Assembly: GCA_958296135.2 (NCBI GenBank) | Contig: CATQHZ020000001.1 | Coordinates: 4,000,001-4,064,000, forward strand | Direction of reading: 5' to 3' | Source: an uncultured Poribacteria bacterium | Lineage (GTDB): Bacteria > Poribacteria > WGA-4E > WGA-3G | DNA: 64,000 bases | Part shown: positions 49,194 through 58,325 of the stretch, one piece after another | Numbering within the stretch: the stretch's first letter is position 1 | Layout: each line of letters begins with the position of its first letter | The notes under the pieces: generated by a model | What the model saw: only the letters and a program-made list of their open reading frames with translations | Told to the model about the DNA's origin: nothing | Database searches by the model: none | Translations under genes and position numbers: made by a program

Positions 49194-49601
49194 ATGATGT
49201 TCCTTATTGGGACAATTATCGTCGGCTTGGGCATTATTTTAGATTTCGCGAATTATCCGTGGATAGCGGATGCCGTCTATCTTATCGCCTTCGCCGTAGT
49301 CGCCGTGCTGGTAAAAGCTGGCAAGGCACCGGATTACATCAATGCCGAATTTGAGGAAGTTCGGGCCGAAATTGTTGGGATGCGGGTGCAGCAAGACGAA
49401 ACGAACGCCGAAATTGGCAAACTCAAAGTCAAGAACGAGGAGACTAAAGCCGGTGTCGCCCTCATGTCCGAGGAATACCGGATAGTCCAAGCCAGGGCAG
49501 CACGACTCACAGTCGAAAACGCGCGGCTCCTCGCCGAACTGGAGAAAGAGCGGAATAAGGTTAAACAATACGAATCGAACCAGCCCTCGCGAACAGAGTA
49601 A
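49194..49601 (+). CDS. Membrane protein (2 TM) with coiled-coil tail
   Basis: AGGAGG RBS; hydrophobic N-terminus; heptad C-terminus. Confidence 0.7.
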   Translation: MMFLIGTIIVGLGIILDFANYPWIADAVYLIAFAVVAVLVKAGKAPDYINAEFEEVRAEIVGMRVQQDETNAEIGKLKVKNEETKAGVALMSEEYRIVQARAARLTVENARLLAELEKERNKVKQYESNQPSRTE

Positions 49602-49609
49602 CCTCAAAA

Positions 49610-50767
49610 ATGTTTTATCCTGTAGCCCTCAACCTCCAGCACCGAAAATGCCTAGTTGTCGGCGGCGGCACCGTCGCCGAACGCAAAGTCGTTTCTCTGC
49701 TCCTCAGCGGCGGCGAAGTCACGGTGATTAGCCCCGAGGCAACCGCACTGCTCGCGTTCCTCGCGCAGAACGGCCAGATTGTGTGGCAGAACCGGCAGTT
49801 TACTGCAGGCGATACGCGCGGCCATTTTCTCATCTGTGCCGCCACCGATGAAACGCCGATAAACACCGCCGTTTTCACGGAGGCATACGAAGAAAACCGG
49901 ATTCGCTTAGTCAACGTCGTCGACGTTATCCCGCAGTGCACGTTCGCCGCCGCATCTGTCGTGACAGATGGCGAGCTCATGCTCAGCATCTCCACTAGCG
50001 GCAAGAGCCCGGCGACGAGCCGCCGCATTCGCGAACATCTTGAGGAGAAACTCCGGGCAAACTCACTTTACACCCTTGGATATCAAAACGGAAAGCCCGA
50101 ACTCATCCGGAACCAAGGGCTGCCCTATCCGATTTATCTCCTCTTGGAAAATCGCCGGTGCGCTGTCCTCTATCGTGAGAAAACGCCGGAGATTGCACGC
50201 CGCATCTCGCTTTTACGCCAATGCGGCGCGGACGTCGTGCATCAGCCGAAAAACGTTGAGGCGGCGTTCCTCGTCATCGCCGAATCGCCTAATATCCCAG
50301 AGCATGCGCCGCTACCGCTCAGAGAATACGTCATACAGGCCGATGCCGGAACCTTTCGGACACCGCACCTCATCACAGATGAGAACCTCATTATCAGCAT
50401 CTCTACCCACAACGGCGAGGAAGCCGCAGGCAAAGCAAAACGCCTGCAACAAACTCTCGCAGCGCAGTTTGAAAATAACGGATACGGCGCGTTTATTGAA
50501 TTCCTCGGAACGATTCGTCCCGATATCCTCAACACTTTTCAGACTTCAAAAGCACGCGCCGACTTTTTCGAGACACTGATCAACTATCGGGCTGAGGCAC
50601 AAACGTGTTGCTTACGACTCACCGATGCGACGTGCTCCGCCGAATGCCTCTTCAACTGGATTCGGCGCGGCGAATCGGAACGCGCTAATACCCTCGTATC
50701 GAACCTGCTCAACCAACCCCGCAGTCGCGCTCTCAAAGCGCGCCTGCCGGCAAACGGGGATTCATGA
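49610..50767 (+). CDS. Precorrin-2 dehydrogenase/sirohydrochlorin ferrochelatase (SirC/Met8/CysG-N-like) with internal duplication
   Basis: LVVGGGTVAERK, VNVVD, ISTSGKSP; second degenerate copy from YPIYLLLENRRC. Confidence 0.82.
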   Translation: MFYPVALNLQHRKCLVVGGGTVAERKVVSLLLSGGEVTVISPEATALLAFLAQNGQIVWQNRQFTAGDTRGHFLICAATDETPINTAVFTEAYEENRIRLVNVVDVIPQCTFAAASVVTDGELMLSISTSGKSPATSRRIREHLEEKLRANSLYTLGYQNGKPELIRNQGLPYPIYLLLENRRCAVLYREKTPEIARRISLLRQCGADVVHQPKNVEAAFLVIAESPNIPEHAPLPLREYVIQADAGTFRTPHLITDENLIISISTHNGEEAAGKAKRLQQTLAAQFENNGYGAFIEFLGTIRPDILNTFQTSKARADFFETLINYRAEAQTCCLRLTDATCSAECLFNWIRRGESERANTLVSNLLNQPRSRALKARLPANGDS

Positions 50768-51603
50768 ACTTTCTATTTCTTGTCACACTGCTGATATACT
50801 TAACAGCAAGTATCTTTCAGGCACTTTCGCTCGCGATAGGGAACCGCTCTGACGTATCAACCCTTCGCCCAACGATTGAAAGCATCGCCTTTTGGGGAAC
50901 TACCATCGGATTCGCCTGTCTGACGCTTTTCATCGCGCTCTGGTGGCTCCAACAGGAACACTTCCCGATGACACACTGGACAGATTCTACCGCCTTCTTC
51001 GCCTGGGCCACCACGCTGATATACCTCATCATCGTCCGCTTGACGCACCTCCGCGCCCTCGGGAGTTTCGTCGTGCCGGTTGCATTCCTCGCCATCCTCA
51101 TCGCCTATAGTTTCGCTAGGAATACCTCAACGCTGCCAGAACAACTGCACAACTATTGGCTCGTCGCCCACACGTCGCTGATTTTTCTCGCGTACGCCGC
51201 CTTCATCGCCGCCTTCGGGTTCGGACTCATGTATCTCATCGCCGAAAAGAGAATCCGCGCGAAGACAGATACGCTCTTCTCTAACCTGCTCCCGGCACTC
51301 GGCAATTCCGATGAATTCGGCTATCGATGCATCTTCATCGGAGTCATTCTGCTATCCATGGGCATCATCGTCGGCAGTTTATGGACGCAATACATCCGAG
51401 AACTCCCCTGGAAATGGCTTGACGCGAAGATTATCTTCACCCTTCTCACGTGGTTCATCTATGTCGCGCAAATCGCCATCCGTCAACTCTGGGGATGGCG
51501 CGGCCGCAAAGCCGCCTATGCCGCCATCATCGGCTTCGTCGCACTGCTATGCACCTATGCCGGGGTGAACCTTTTTTTGGACAGCATCCACGCTTGGCGA
51601 TAA
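50764..51603 (+). CDS. ccsA: Cytochrome c assembly protein CcsA/HemX-like
   Basis: WLVAHT, GSLW, WLDAK, GWRGRK; multi-TM; directly upstream of hemA. Confidence 0.8.
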   Translation: MNFLFLVTLLIYLTASIFQALSLAIGNRSDVSTLRPTIESIAFWGTTIGFACLTLFIALWWLQQEHFPMTHWTDSTAFFAWATTLIYLIIVRLTHLRALGSFVVPVAFLAILIAYSFARNTSTLPEQLHNYWLVAHTSLIFLAYAAFIAAFGFGLMYLIAEKRIRAKTDTLFSNLLPALGNSDEFGYRCIFIGVILLSMGIIVGSLWTQYIRELPWKWLDAKIIFTLLTWFIYVAQIAIRQLWGWRGRKAAYAAIIGFVALLCTYAGVNLFLDSIHAWR

Positions 51604-51617
51604 AAATCGGTTTTTTC

Positions 51618-51646
51618 TTGACATGCCTCCCGAAATAGGGTATAAT
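51618..51646 (+). promoter_or_regulatory. Consensus sigma70 promoter of hemA
   Basis: TTGACA-17-TATAAT. Confidence 0.85.
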
Positions 51647-51668
51647 TAAAGGCAGAGGCAAAAGAGCA

Positions 51669-53069
51669 ATGGAAAACTTCATGGAAACATACCCCGGCCC
51701 GCAGCACAACAGACATCCCGACGCTGAAGCCGTGCCCACATGCAATAGCCAGTGTGAACCCCGCACGCAACATACGAACCCCCTGGTCTCCGTCGGAACG
51801 AGCCATCACGTCGCGCCGATTGCGTTCCGGGAAAAATTGGCATTTTCCGACGAACAACTAGTCCACTCGCTGCAACACCTCCGGGAATCGCAGCACGTGC
51901 AGGAGGCAGTCATCCTCTCTACCTGCAACCGGGTAGAAATTTACGCCGTGCCAAACGCGCGCCGCAGTGACGAGGCATCCGCTACCCATCTGCTCGAATT
52001 CCTCTCGCGCTACCATCGCATTAGCATGGACGCTCTCAAGAAGTTCAGTTATAGCCACCACGGACTGGGCGCAATCCAACACCTCTTCAGGGTGACAACC
52101 AGCCTCGATTCCATGGTAGTCGGCGAAGCGCAAATCTTGGGACAAGTGAAAGCCGCCTATGAGGACTCTCGTGCCGCCGGCGGGGCAGGCACTATCCTCA
52201 ATCGGCTTTTTAACAAGGCGTTCAGCGTCGGCAAGCGCATCCGCACTGAGACGACTATCGCTACCGGCGCTGTCTCTATCAGCTACGCCGCCGTCGAACT
52301 CGCCAAGAAAATCTTTAACACGCTGGAAGGCAAAACCGTAGCCATCATCGGCGCAGGCGAAATGAGCGAATTGACAGCGAAGCATCTCGTCGCCAACGGC
52401 GTTTCCAACGTCATCGTCGCGAACCGAACCTACGAACGCGCCGTCAAAATCGCCGAGAAATTCAGAGGGACACCCATCGCTTACCAAAGCAACCTCGGCT
52501 TTCTCATTGATGCCGACATCGTCATTAGCTCCACCGATGCACCGCAGTACCTCATCACGCCGCGGCCCCTCGCCGATGTCATGCGGAAACGGAAGCACCG
52601 CTACATGTTCCTCATTGACATCGCAGTCCCGCGCGACATCGAACCTGATGTCAATCACATCGACGGCGTGTTCCTCTATAACATCGATGACCTCGAGGCG
52701 GTTGTCGCTTCCAACCTCAAAGAACGCCAACACGAAGCCACACGCGCCGAACAACTTGTCGCCGAAGAAGCGAAGCAGTTCCATGCCCAATTGCAAACCC
52801 TCGAAGTGAGCCCGACGATTAAGGCACTGCACCAGCAATTCCAACAAGTCGTTGCAGCAGAACGCAACGCCTGTTTTGAAAAGGCAAACCTGTCCCATAA
52901 ACAGCAAGCCGCCGTAACCTCCATGACGCAGGCAATTGTCAAAAAACTCCTCCATCACCCCGTCAAAAATCTACGCCAAGCCGTGAACGATAACGAAGCA
53001 GACCACGGGCAATACGTCCACGCCTTGCGGGCACTGTTCGCGCTAGATGCCACCGACAATGAAATGTAG
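51669..53069 (+). CDS. hemA: Glutamyl-tRNA reductase
   Basis: LSTCNRVE, SLDSMVVGEAQILGQ, GAGEM, DIAVPRD. Confidence 0.97.
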   Translation: MENFMETYPGPQHNRHPDAEAVPTCNSQCEPRTQHTNPLVSVGTSHHVAPIAFREKLAFSDEQLVHSLQHLRESQHVQEAVILSTCNRVEIYAVPNARRSDEASATHLLEFLSRYHRISMDALKKFSYSHHGLGAIQHLFRVTTSLDSMVVGEAQILGQVKAAYEDSRAAGGAGTILNRLFNKAFSVGKRIRTETTIATGAVSISYAAVELAKKIFNTLEGKTVAIIGAGEMSELTAKHLVANGVSNVIVANRTYERAVKIAEKFRGTPIAYQSNLGFLIDADIVISSTDAPQYLITPRPLADVMRKRKHRYMFLIDIAVPRDIEPDVNHIDGVFLYNIDDLEAVVASNLKERQHEATRAEQLVAEEAKQFHAQLQTLEVSPTIKALHQQFQQVVAAERNACFEKANLSHKQQAAVTSMTQAIVKKLLHHPVKNLRQAVNDNEADHGQYVHALRALFALDATDNEM

Positions 53070-53076
53070 CAGAAAA

Positions 53077-53994
53077 ATGAAACTATCACTTACCATCGGC
53101 ACGCGAGGCAGCCAACTCGCACGCTGGCAGGCAGAATTCATCCAAAAACAGGTGAACGCGCACTTGCCAGAGGTGGCGGTATCCCTCAAAATCATCAAAA
53201 CCACCGGCGATGCCATCCAGAACCGCTCACTGCGCGGACTCGGAAAAGGTGTGTTTACCAAAGAAATCGAAACCGCGCTGCTCACAGGTGAAATCGATCT
53301 GGCTGTTCATAGCCTCAAAGATTTGCCTACGGAACTCCCCGATGGCCTCCACATCGCCGCAATTCCGGCGCGGGAAGATGCACGCGATGCCCTAATCACA
53401 TGCACAGGAATGACATTAACGCAGCTGCCAAAAAACGCCACAATCGGCACGACGAGCCCACGGCGAAAAGCGCAACTCCTCCACGCACGCCCAGAGCTGC
53501 GCGTCGTTGATGTACGCGGTAATATTGATACCCGCTTACGCAAACTGCAAGAAACCCATTTAGATGGAATTATCCTCGCCGCCGCAGGGATTAAACGCCT
53601 GATGAAACCGGACATTATCACACAGTTTTTTGATACAGAAACAATGGTGCCAGCCGTTGGACAAGGCGCACTCGCCATCGAAGCGCGGGCAGATGATAAC
53701 ACCGTGGTTTCCGAACTCCTCGCACCGCTCAACGATGCACACGCAGCGGCCGAAGTCACCGCAGAAAGAACCGTTTTGGAGCGGCTCGGCGGCGGATGTC
53801 ACGTGCCTATCGGCGCGAACGCGACGCATCGCAACGGCGAACTCTCGCTTATCGCAGCTGTCTGTCATCCCGAAGGCACATCGCGCATCGTGGAGAGAGG
53901 CACCGGAACACCAGACAACCCGCAAAGTTTAGGGGAGGTTGTTGCAGAAAAACTTCTTCGGAGTGGGGCCGCAGAACTGCTTATAGCAAATTAA
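53077..53994 (+). CDS. hemC: Hydroxymethylbilane synthase
   Basis: GTRGSQLA, VHSLKD, RGNIDTR, GGGCHVP. Confidence 0.97.
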   Translation: MKLSLTIGTRGSQLARWQAEFIQKQVNAHLPEVAVSLKIIKTTGDAIQNRSLRGLGKGVFTKEIETALLTGEIDLAVHSLKDLPTELPDGLHIAAIPAREDARDALITCTGMTLTQLPKNATIGTTSPRRKAQLLHARPELRVVDVRGNIDTRLRKLQETHLDGIILAAAGIKRLMKPDIITQFFDTETMVPAVGQGALAIEARADDNTVVSELLAPLNDAHAAAEVTAERTVLERLGGGCHVPIGANATHRNGELSLIAAVCHPEGTSRIVERGTGTPDNPQSLGEVVAEKLLRSGAAELLIAN

Positions 53995-54247
53995 CCTGGG
54001 CACGGAGCGTGGGGGCCCGTCCGCCGCGATTGTGGCACAGCGAGGGACAGGTCTCCCTCGCCCTACGGACGGTTGGCGCAAACGTCTGCAGGGCTGGCAC
54101 TTGGGTTTCCAAACGTTCTTGACCTGTTCGAGGTTAACTGAAGAATATCCCCCTTGTAGGCGAGACCTCGGGCCTCGACTCTTCTCCGGTAGGAGAGACC
54201 CCCTGGTCTCGATTTCCCCTTGTAGGAGAGACCTCTGGTCTCGATTT

Positions 54248-54399
54248 CCCCTTGTAGGAGAGACCTCCTGGTCTCGATTTCCCCGGTAGGCGGGTCTCGA
54301 TTTCCCCGGTAGGCGAGCCCTCCCGGCCTCAAATGCGTCGGGTATCGGGACAAGGATGGACCGCCGACAGACGAGCGTCTCAAAACGTCTCCCTAGGTC
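54248..54399 (+). repeat. Left copy of a ~150-bp direct repeat flanking the LRR gene
   Basis: Near-identical to 58121-58271; family-B REP units plus a unique tail ending CTCCCTAGGTC. Confidence 0.88.
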
Positions 54400-54580
54400 C
54401 TACGAACCGATAGGCGACAAACATGTCACCCCGAACGGAACTGAATAGCATTTTTGCGAAATAAAAAAACTTGATTTTAATTGTGAAATTTGTTATTATT
54501 TCATCAGAAACTTTATCCGAAACCCCCACGGCGCGCCTTCCAAAACGCTGCCGCGAAACATTACGAGGAGATTCACACAA

Positions 54581-57500
54581 ATGAAAAAGACACTCATTGC
54601 CGTTTTGACACTGCTCTTAACGGCCACACTCTTTATTTCTGTCACGAACACCACCGCCCAAGTGGAAGCAGCAGTTGTGTCCATCCCAGATGCCAACTTA
54701 GCCGCAGCAATCCGCGATGCCCTCGGCTTGCCTTCCGGTGCGCCCATCACATCGCATGCGATGCTCAATTTAACGAGACTGGACGCGCCGGGGCGTGGGA
54801 TAACGGAACTCACCGGGCTGGAATATGCAACCAATCTGATAGTGCTGGATCTTCGCTACACGGCTGTATCGGATGTGGCACCCCTCGCAAAACTTACACT
54901 ACTGATACACCTGAATCTTGGCTGGACGGCGGTAGCGGATGTGGCACCTCTCGCACACCTCACACAACTGACAACGCTGTGGCTTTACAACACGGCGGTA
55001 GCGGATGTGGCACCTCTCGCAAAACTTACACTACTGAAAAGGCTGTCTCTTTCCTGGACGGCGGTAGCGGATGTGGCACCTCTCGCAAAACTTACACTAC
55101 TGAGAGAGCTGGATCTTCGGAACTGCCCGTTGAATGCCGCCGCACACCAGACGCATCTCCCCGCCATACAAGCAAACGGAACAGAGGTCAAATTTGATCC
55201 GTTTAAGCCGATCCACTTACCGCGGGTGCCAGGGCTCGTGTCCCTCATCTACTTCCGGCCCAGCGACCAGCCCATTCGTCCCAACGTGGACGCTGAAATT
55301 GATGGCCTCATTAAGAAAGCCCAACGCTTCTACGCAGACGAGATGGAACGCCACGGATTCAAGAGAAAAACCTTCCAGTTTGAAACGGATGCCCACGGAG
55401 CCGCCGTTGTGCATCACGTCAACGGGAAATTCACAGACGAGTATTATCGGGATAATAGAAACTGGCGTGAAAAAATCCGAGAGCAGGTTCACGCCCCAGT
55501 TGGAAACATTACTGTCCAGATGATAGATACCGATGGACCACTACCTGGGACTTGCGGGGTCGGTGGTGGCTCTCCTTATGGCGGTGGCCGTGCAGGGATT
55601 TACTGTTGGGCCTGGAGGACCCTTGCGCATGAACTCGGGCATGCGTTTGGAATGGATTATCACGATTTCCGCGACAATGCCTATCTCATGAGTTATGGGT
55701 CTCAGGACGAATTGTCTCACTGCTTTGCGGAATGGTTGGATGTCCACCCCGCTTTCAACACCCCGCCAGCTGTCCGCAGGAATGCACGCGCCGAGATTGA
55801 GATGCTCCCCGCAACCCTCGTGGCTCCACCGAATACCGTCCGTCTCCGTTTTGCGGTAACCGCTCCGGCCGGATCTCTCTATCAAGCCCGGTTGCTTACG
55901 CGAGAAACGACTACTCTCACCGGTAGTAAATTTAATACCGGGGGATTGATCGATTGTCAGCGACTCAATGGAAACCCAACGAGCAGCACCGTTGAATTTG
56001 TGACTACCGCTTTGACACCCGAAACTAAATGGGTAGAACTTTACGTTATCGGTAGGGATGGCAGCGGACCTGGGCAAAGGTTTCCCATTGATGTTTCTTC
56101 CCTATTGCCGGCTGCCAAAGTTGTCTCTATTCCCGATCCGAATTTGGCAGCAGCGGTGCGTGAGGCCCTTGAACTCTCATCCGGCGAAGCCATCACGACG
56201 CATGCAATGCTAAGGTTAGATGCGCTTGGAGCACGCAATGCCGGGATAAAAGACCTCACCGGGCTGGAGCATGCAGTCGGTTTGACAGCGTTGAATCTGC
56301 GCGGAAACTACAGCGACCAGGGGTGGGTCAACAGCAATGCGATATCGGACTGGTCGCCGCTTGCAAAATTAGCCAAATTGCAAACTCTGGAACTTTCCTC
56401 TATGTCTGGCTTGGTGGATGTGGCACCCCTCGCAAAACTCACACAACTGACAACGCTGTGGCTTCGCAACACGGCGGTATCGGATGTGGCACCTCTCGCA
56501 AAACTTACACAACTGACAAACCTGTATCTTCGCAACACGGCGGTATCGGATGTGGCACCACTTGCAAAACTCACTCAACTGACAACGCTGAATCTTGAAG
56601 GCACGGCGGTAGCGGATGTGGCACCTCTCGCAAAACTTACACAACTGACATCGCTGAATCTTGGCTGGACGGCGGTAGCGGATGTGGCACCTCTCGCAAA
56701 ACTTACACAACTGAGAGGGCTGTATCTTCACGGCACGGCGGTATCGGATGTGGCACCTCTCGCAAAACTTACACAACTGACAACGCTGTATCTTGACTCC
56801 ACGGCGGTATCGGATGTGGCACCACTCGCAAAACTTACACAACTGACATGGCTGGATCTTGGCTGGACGGCGGTAGCGGATGTATCGCCCTTGTTAGGGA
56901 TGAGTCCGGGAGAAGATTCTTGGGATGGTCTGTATCTGAAAGGCTGCCCACTGAGTTATGCCTCCCTCCACACGCATATTCCGGCGATACAGGCGAAGGG
57001 GATAGAGGTGGATTTTGACAACATCGCGCATCCCGCTCCCGCTGGAGCATTTCCTATCGTCACGCCTGGCGAGGTGGATTTTGACAACATCGCGCATCCC
57101 GCCCTGCTGAAAATCTCCGGTGATGAACAGGAAGGCGCGGGGGACACGGCGTTGAAAAACCCGTTTGTCGTGGAGGCGATGGATGAGCACGGTAAGCCGA
57201 TAGTCGGCAAGACTGTTCAGTTTGAGGTTCTTGCAGGAGGCGGGACGCTCAGCACTCAAACCGCAACAACGGATGCGCGCGGCAAAGCACAGATAACCCT
57301 CACGCTCGGCAGGTCTGCAGGAATAAACAAAGTCAAGGCGACTGCCGAGGGGATTGAGTCTTGGGCGTTGTTTACAACGGTCGCGACGGAAGCGGCACCG
57401 CAATTGGCAGCGGATGTCAACGGCGATGGCGTGACAGACCTGGCAGATCTGGCCATCGTCGCGCAAGCGATGGGCAAACCTGTGCAAAACCCTCGCGCGG

Positions 57501-58018
57501 ATGTGAATGGGGATGGGGTTGTTGATGGTGAAGACTTCGCGCGTGTCGCTGCAGCCCTCGGTGAGGGCGAGGCGGCTGCACCGTCACAGGCCGTGCTCCC
57601 TGCAGGGCTCACGCTTGAAAAAGTGGAGTGGGCCCTGAATCTCTTGCATGCGGAGAACACCGGTTCTCCTGCGTTTCAGCGGGGGATAGCGAAATTGGAA
57701 GGATTTCTTGCGCTCCTGGTTCCGGAGAAGACGCTGCTGCTGGCGAACTACCCCAATCCGTTCAACCCAGAAACGTGGATACCCTATCAGTTGGCAGCCC
57801 CTGCCGAGGTGACGGTGACAATTTACGCAGCGAACGGTGCGGTGGTGCGGACGTTAGCCCTCGGACATCAGCGTGCAGGAGACTATGCAAGCCGGTCTCG
57901 CGCGGCGTATTGGGATGGCAGGAATGAAGTCGGTGAGCGGGTTGCAAGCGGGGTGTATTTCTATACATTGCAGGCGGGGGATTTTGCGGCAACGCGGAAG
58001 ATGCTTATCTTGAAATAG
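54581..58018 (+). CDS. Secreted internalin-like LRR protein with zinc metallopeptidase, Ig-like (Big-1), dockerin and FlgD/T9SS-like C-terminal domains
   Basis: Signal peptide; IPDANL caps; 22-aa LRRs; HELGHAFGMDYH + YLMSY; KISGDEQ; DVNGDG x2; NYPNPFNPETW...RKMLILK. Confidence 0.9.
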   Translation: MKKTLIAVLTLLLTATLFISVTNTTAQVEAAVVSIPDANLAAAIRDALGLPSGAPITSHAMLNLTRLDAPGRGITELTGLEYATNLIVLDLRYTAVSDVAPLAKLTLLIHLNLGWTAVADVAPLAHLTQLTTLWLYNTAVADVAPLAKLTLLKRLSLSWTAVADVAPLAKLTLLRELDLRNCPLNAAAHQTHLPAIQANGTEVKFDPFKPIHLPRVPGLVSLIYFRPSDQPIRPNVDAEIDGLIKKAQRFYADEMERHGFKRKTFQFETDAHGAAVVHHVNGKFTDEYYRDNRNWREKIREQVHAPVGNITVQMIDTDGPLPGTCGVGGGSPYGGGRAGIYCWAWRTLAHELGHAFGMDYHDFRDNAYLMSYGSQDELSHCFAEWLDVHPAFNTPPAVRRNARAEIEMLPATLVAPPNTVRLRFAVTAPAGSLYQARLLTRETTTLTGSKFNTGGLIDCQRLNGNPTSSTVEFVTTALTPETKWVELYVIGRDGSGPGQRFPIDVSSLLPAAKVVSIPDPNLAAAVREALELSSGEAITTHAMLRLDALGARNAGIKDLTGLEHAVGLTALNLRGNYSDQGWVNSNAISDWSPLAKLAKLQTLELSSMSGLVDVAPLAKLTQLTTLWLRNTAVSDVAPLAKLTQLTNLYLRNTAVSDVAPLAKLTQLTTLNLEGTAVADVAPLAKLTQLTSLNLGWTAVADVAPLAKLTQLRGLYLHGTAVSDVAPLAKLTQLTTLYLDSTAVSDVAPLAKLTQLTWLDLGWTAVADVSPLLGMSPGEDSWDGLYLKGCPLSYASLHTHIPAIQAKGIEVDFDNIAHPAPAGAFPIVTPGEVDFDNIAHPALLKISGDEQEGAGDTALKNPFVVEAMDEHGKPIVGKTVQFEVLAGGGTLSTQTATTDARGKAQITLTLGRSAGINKVKATAEGIESWALFTTVATEAAPQLAADVNGDGVTDLADLAIVAQAMGKPVQNPRADVNGDGVVDGEDFARVAAALGEGEAAAPSQAVLPAGLTLEKVEWALNLLHAENTGSPAFQRGIAKLEGFLALLVPEKTLLLANYPNPFNPETWIPYQLAAPAEVTVTIYAANGAVVRTLALGHQRAGDYASRSRAAYWDGRNEVGERVASGVYFYTLQAGDFAATRKMLILK

Positions 58019-58120
58019 CGCGATTGGGAAGCGCGCCTACCGTCCCGCTTCCCCTTGTAGGAGAGCCCTCGGGTCTCGATCTCCCCGGCCCCTTGTAGGA
58101 GAGACCTCGGGTCTCAATGG

Positions 58121-58271
58121 CCCCTTGTAGGAGAGACCTCCTGGTCTCGATTTCCCCGGTAGGCGGGTCTCGATTTCCCCGGTAGGCGAGCCCTCCCGGC
58201 CTCGAATGCGCGGATATCGGGACAAGGATGGACCGCCGACAGACGAGCGTCTCAAAACGTCTCCCTAGGTC
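58121..58271 (+). repeat. Right copy of the ~150-bp direct repeat
   Basis: Near-identical to 54248-54399. Confidence 0.88.
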
Positions 58272-58325
58272 TGCTAGGCCGCCACTAAAAGATAAACGAA
58301 GTTATACGAAATCCTAAAAACACTG

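Noticed and set aside
18658-58018. Diversity-generating retroelement as the source of repeat variability
   Set aside because: No reverse transcriptase and no template/variable repeat pair with adenine-specific differences in the window
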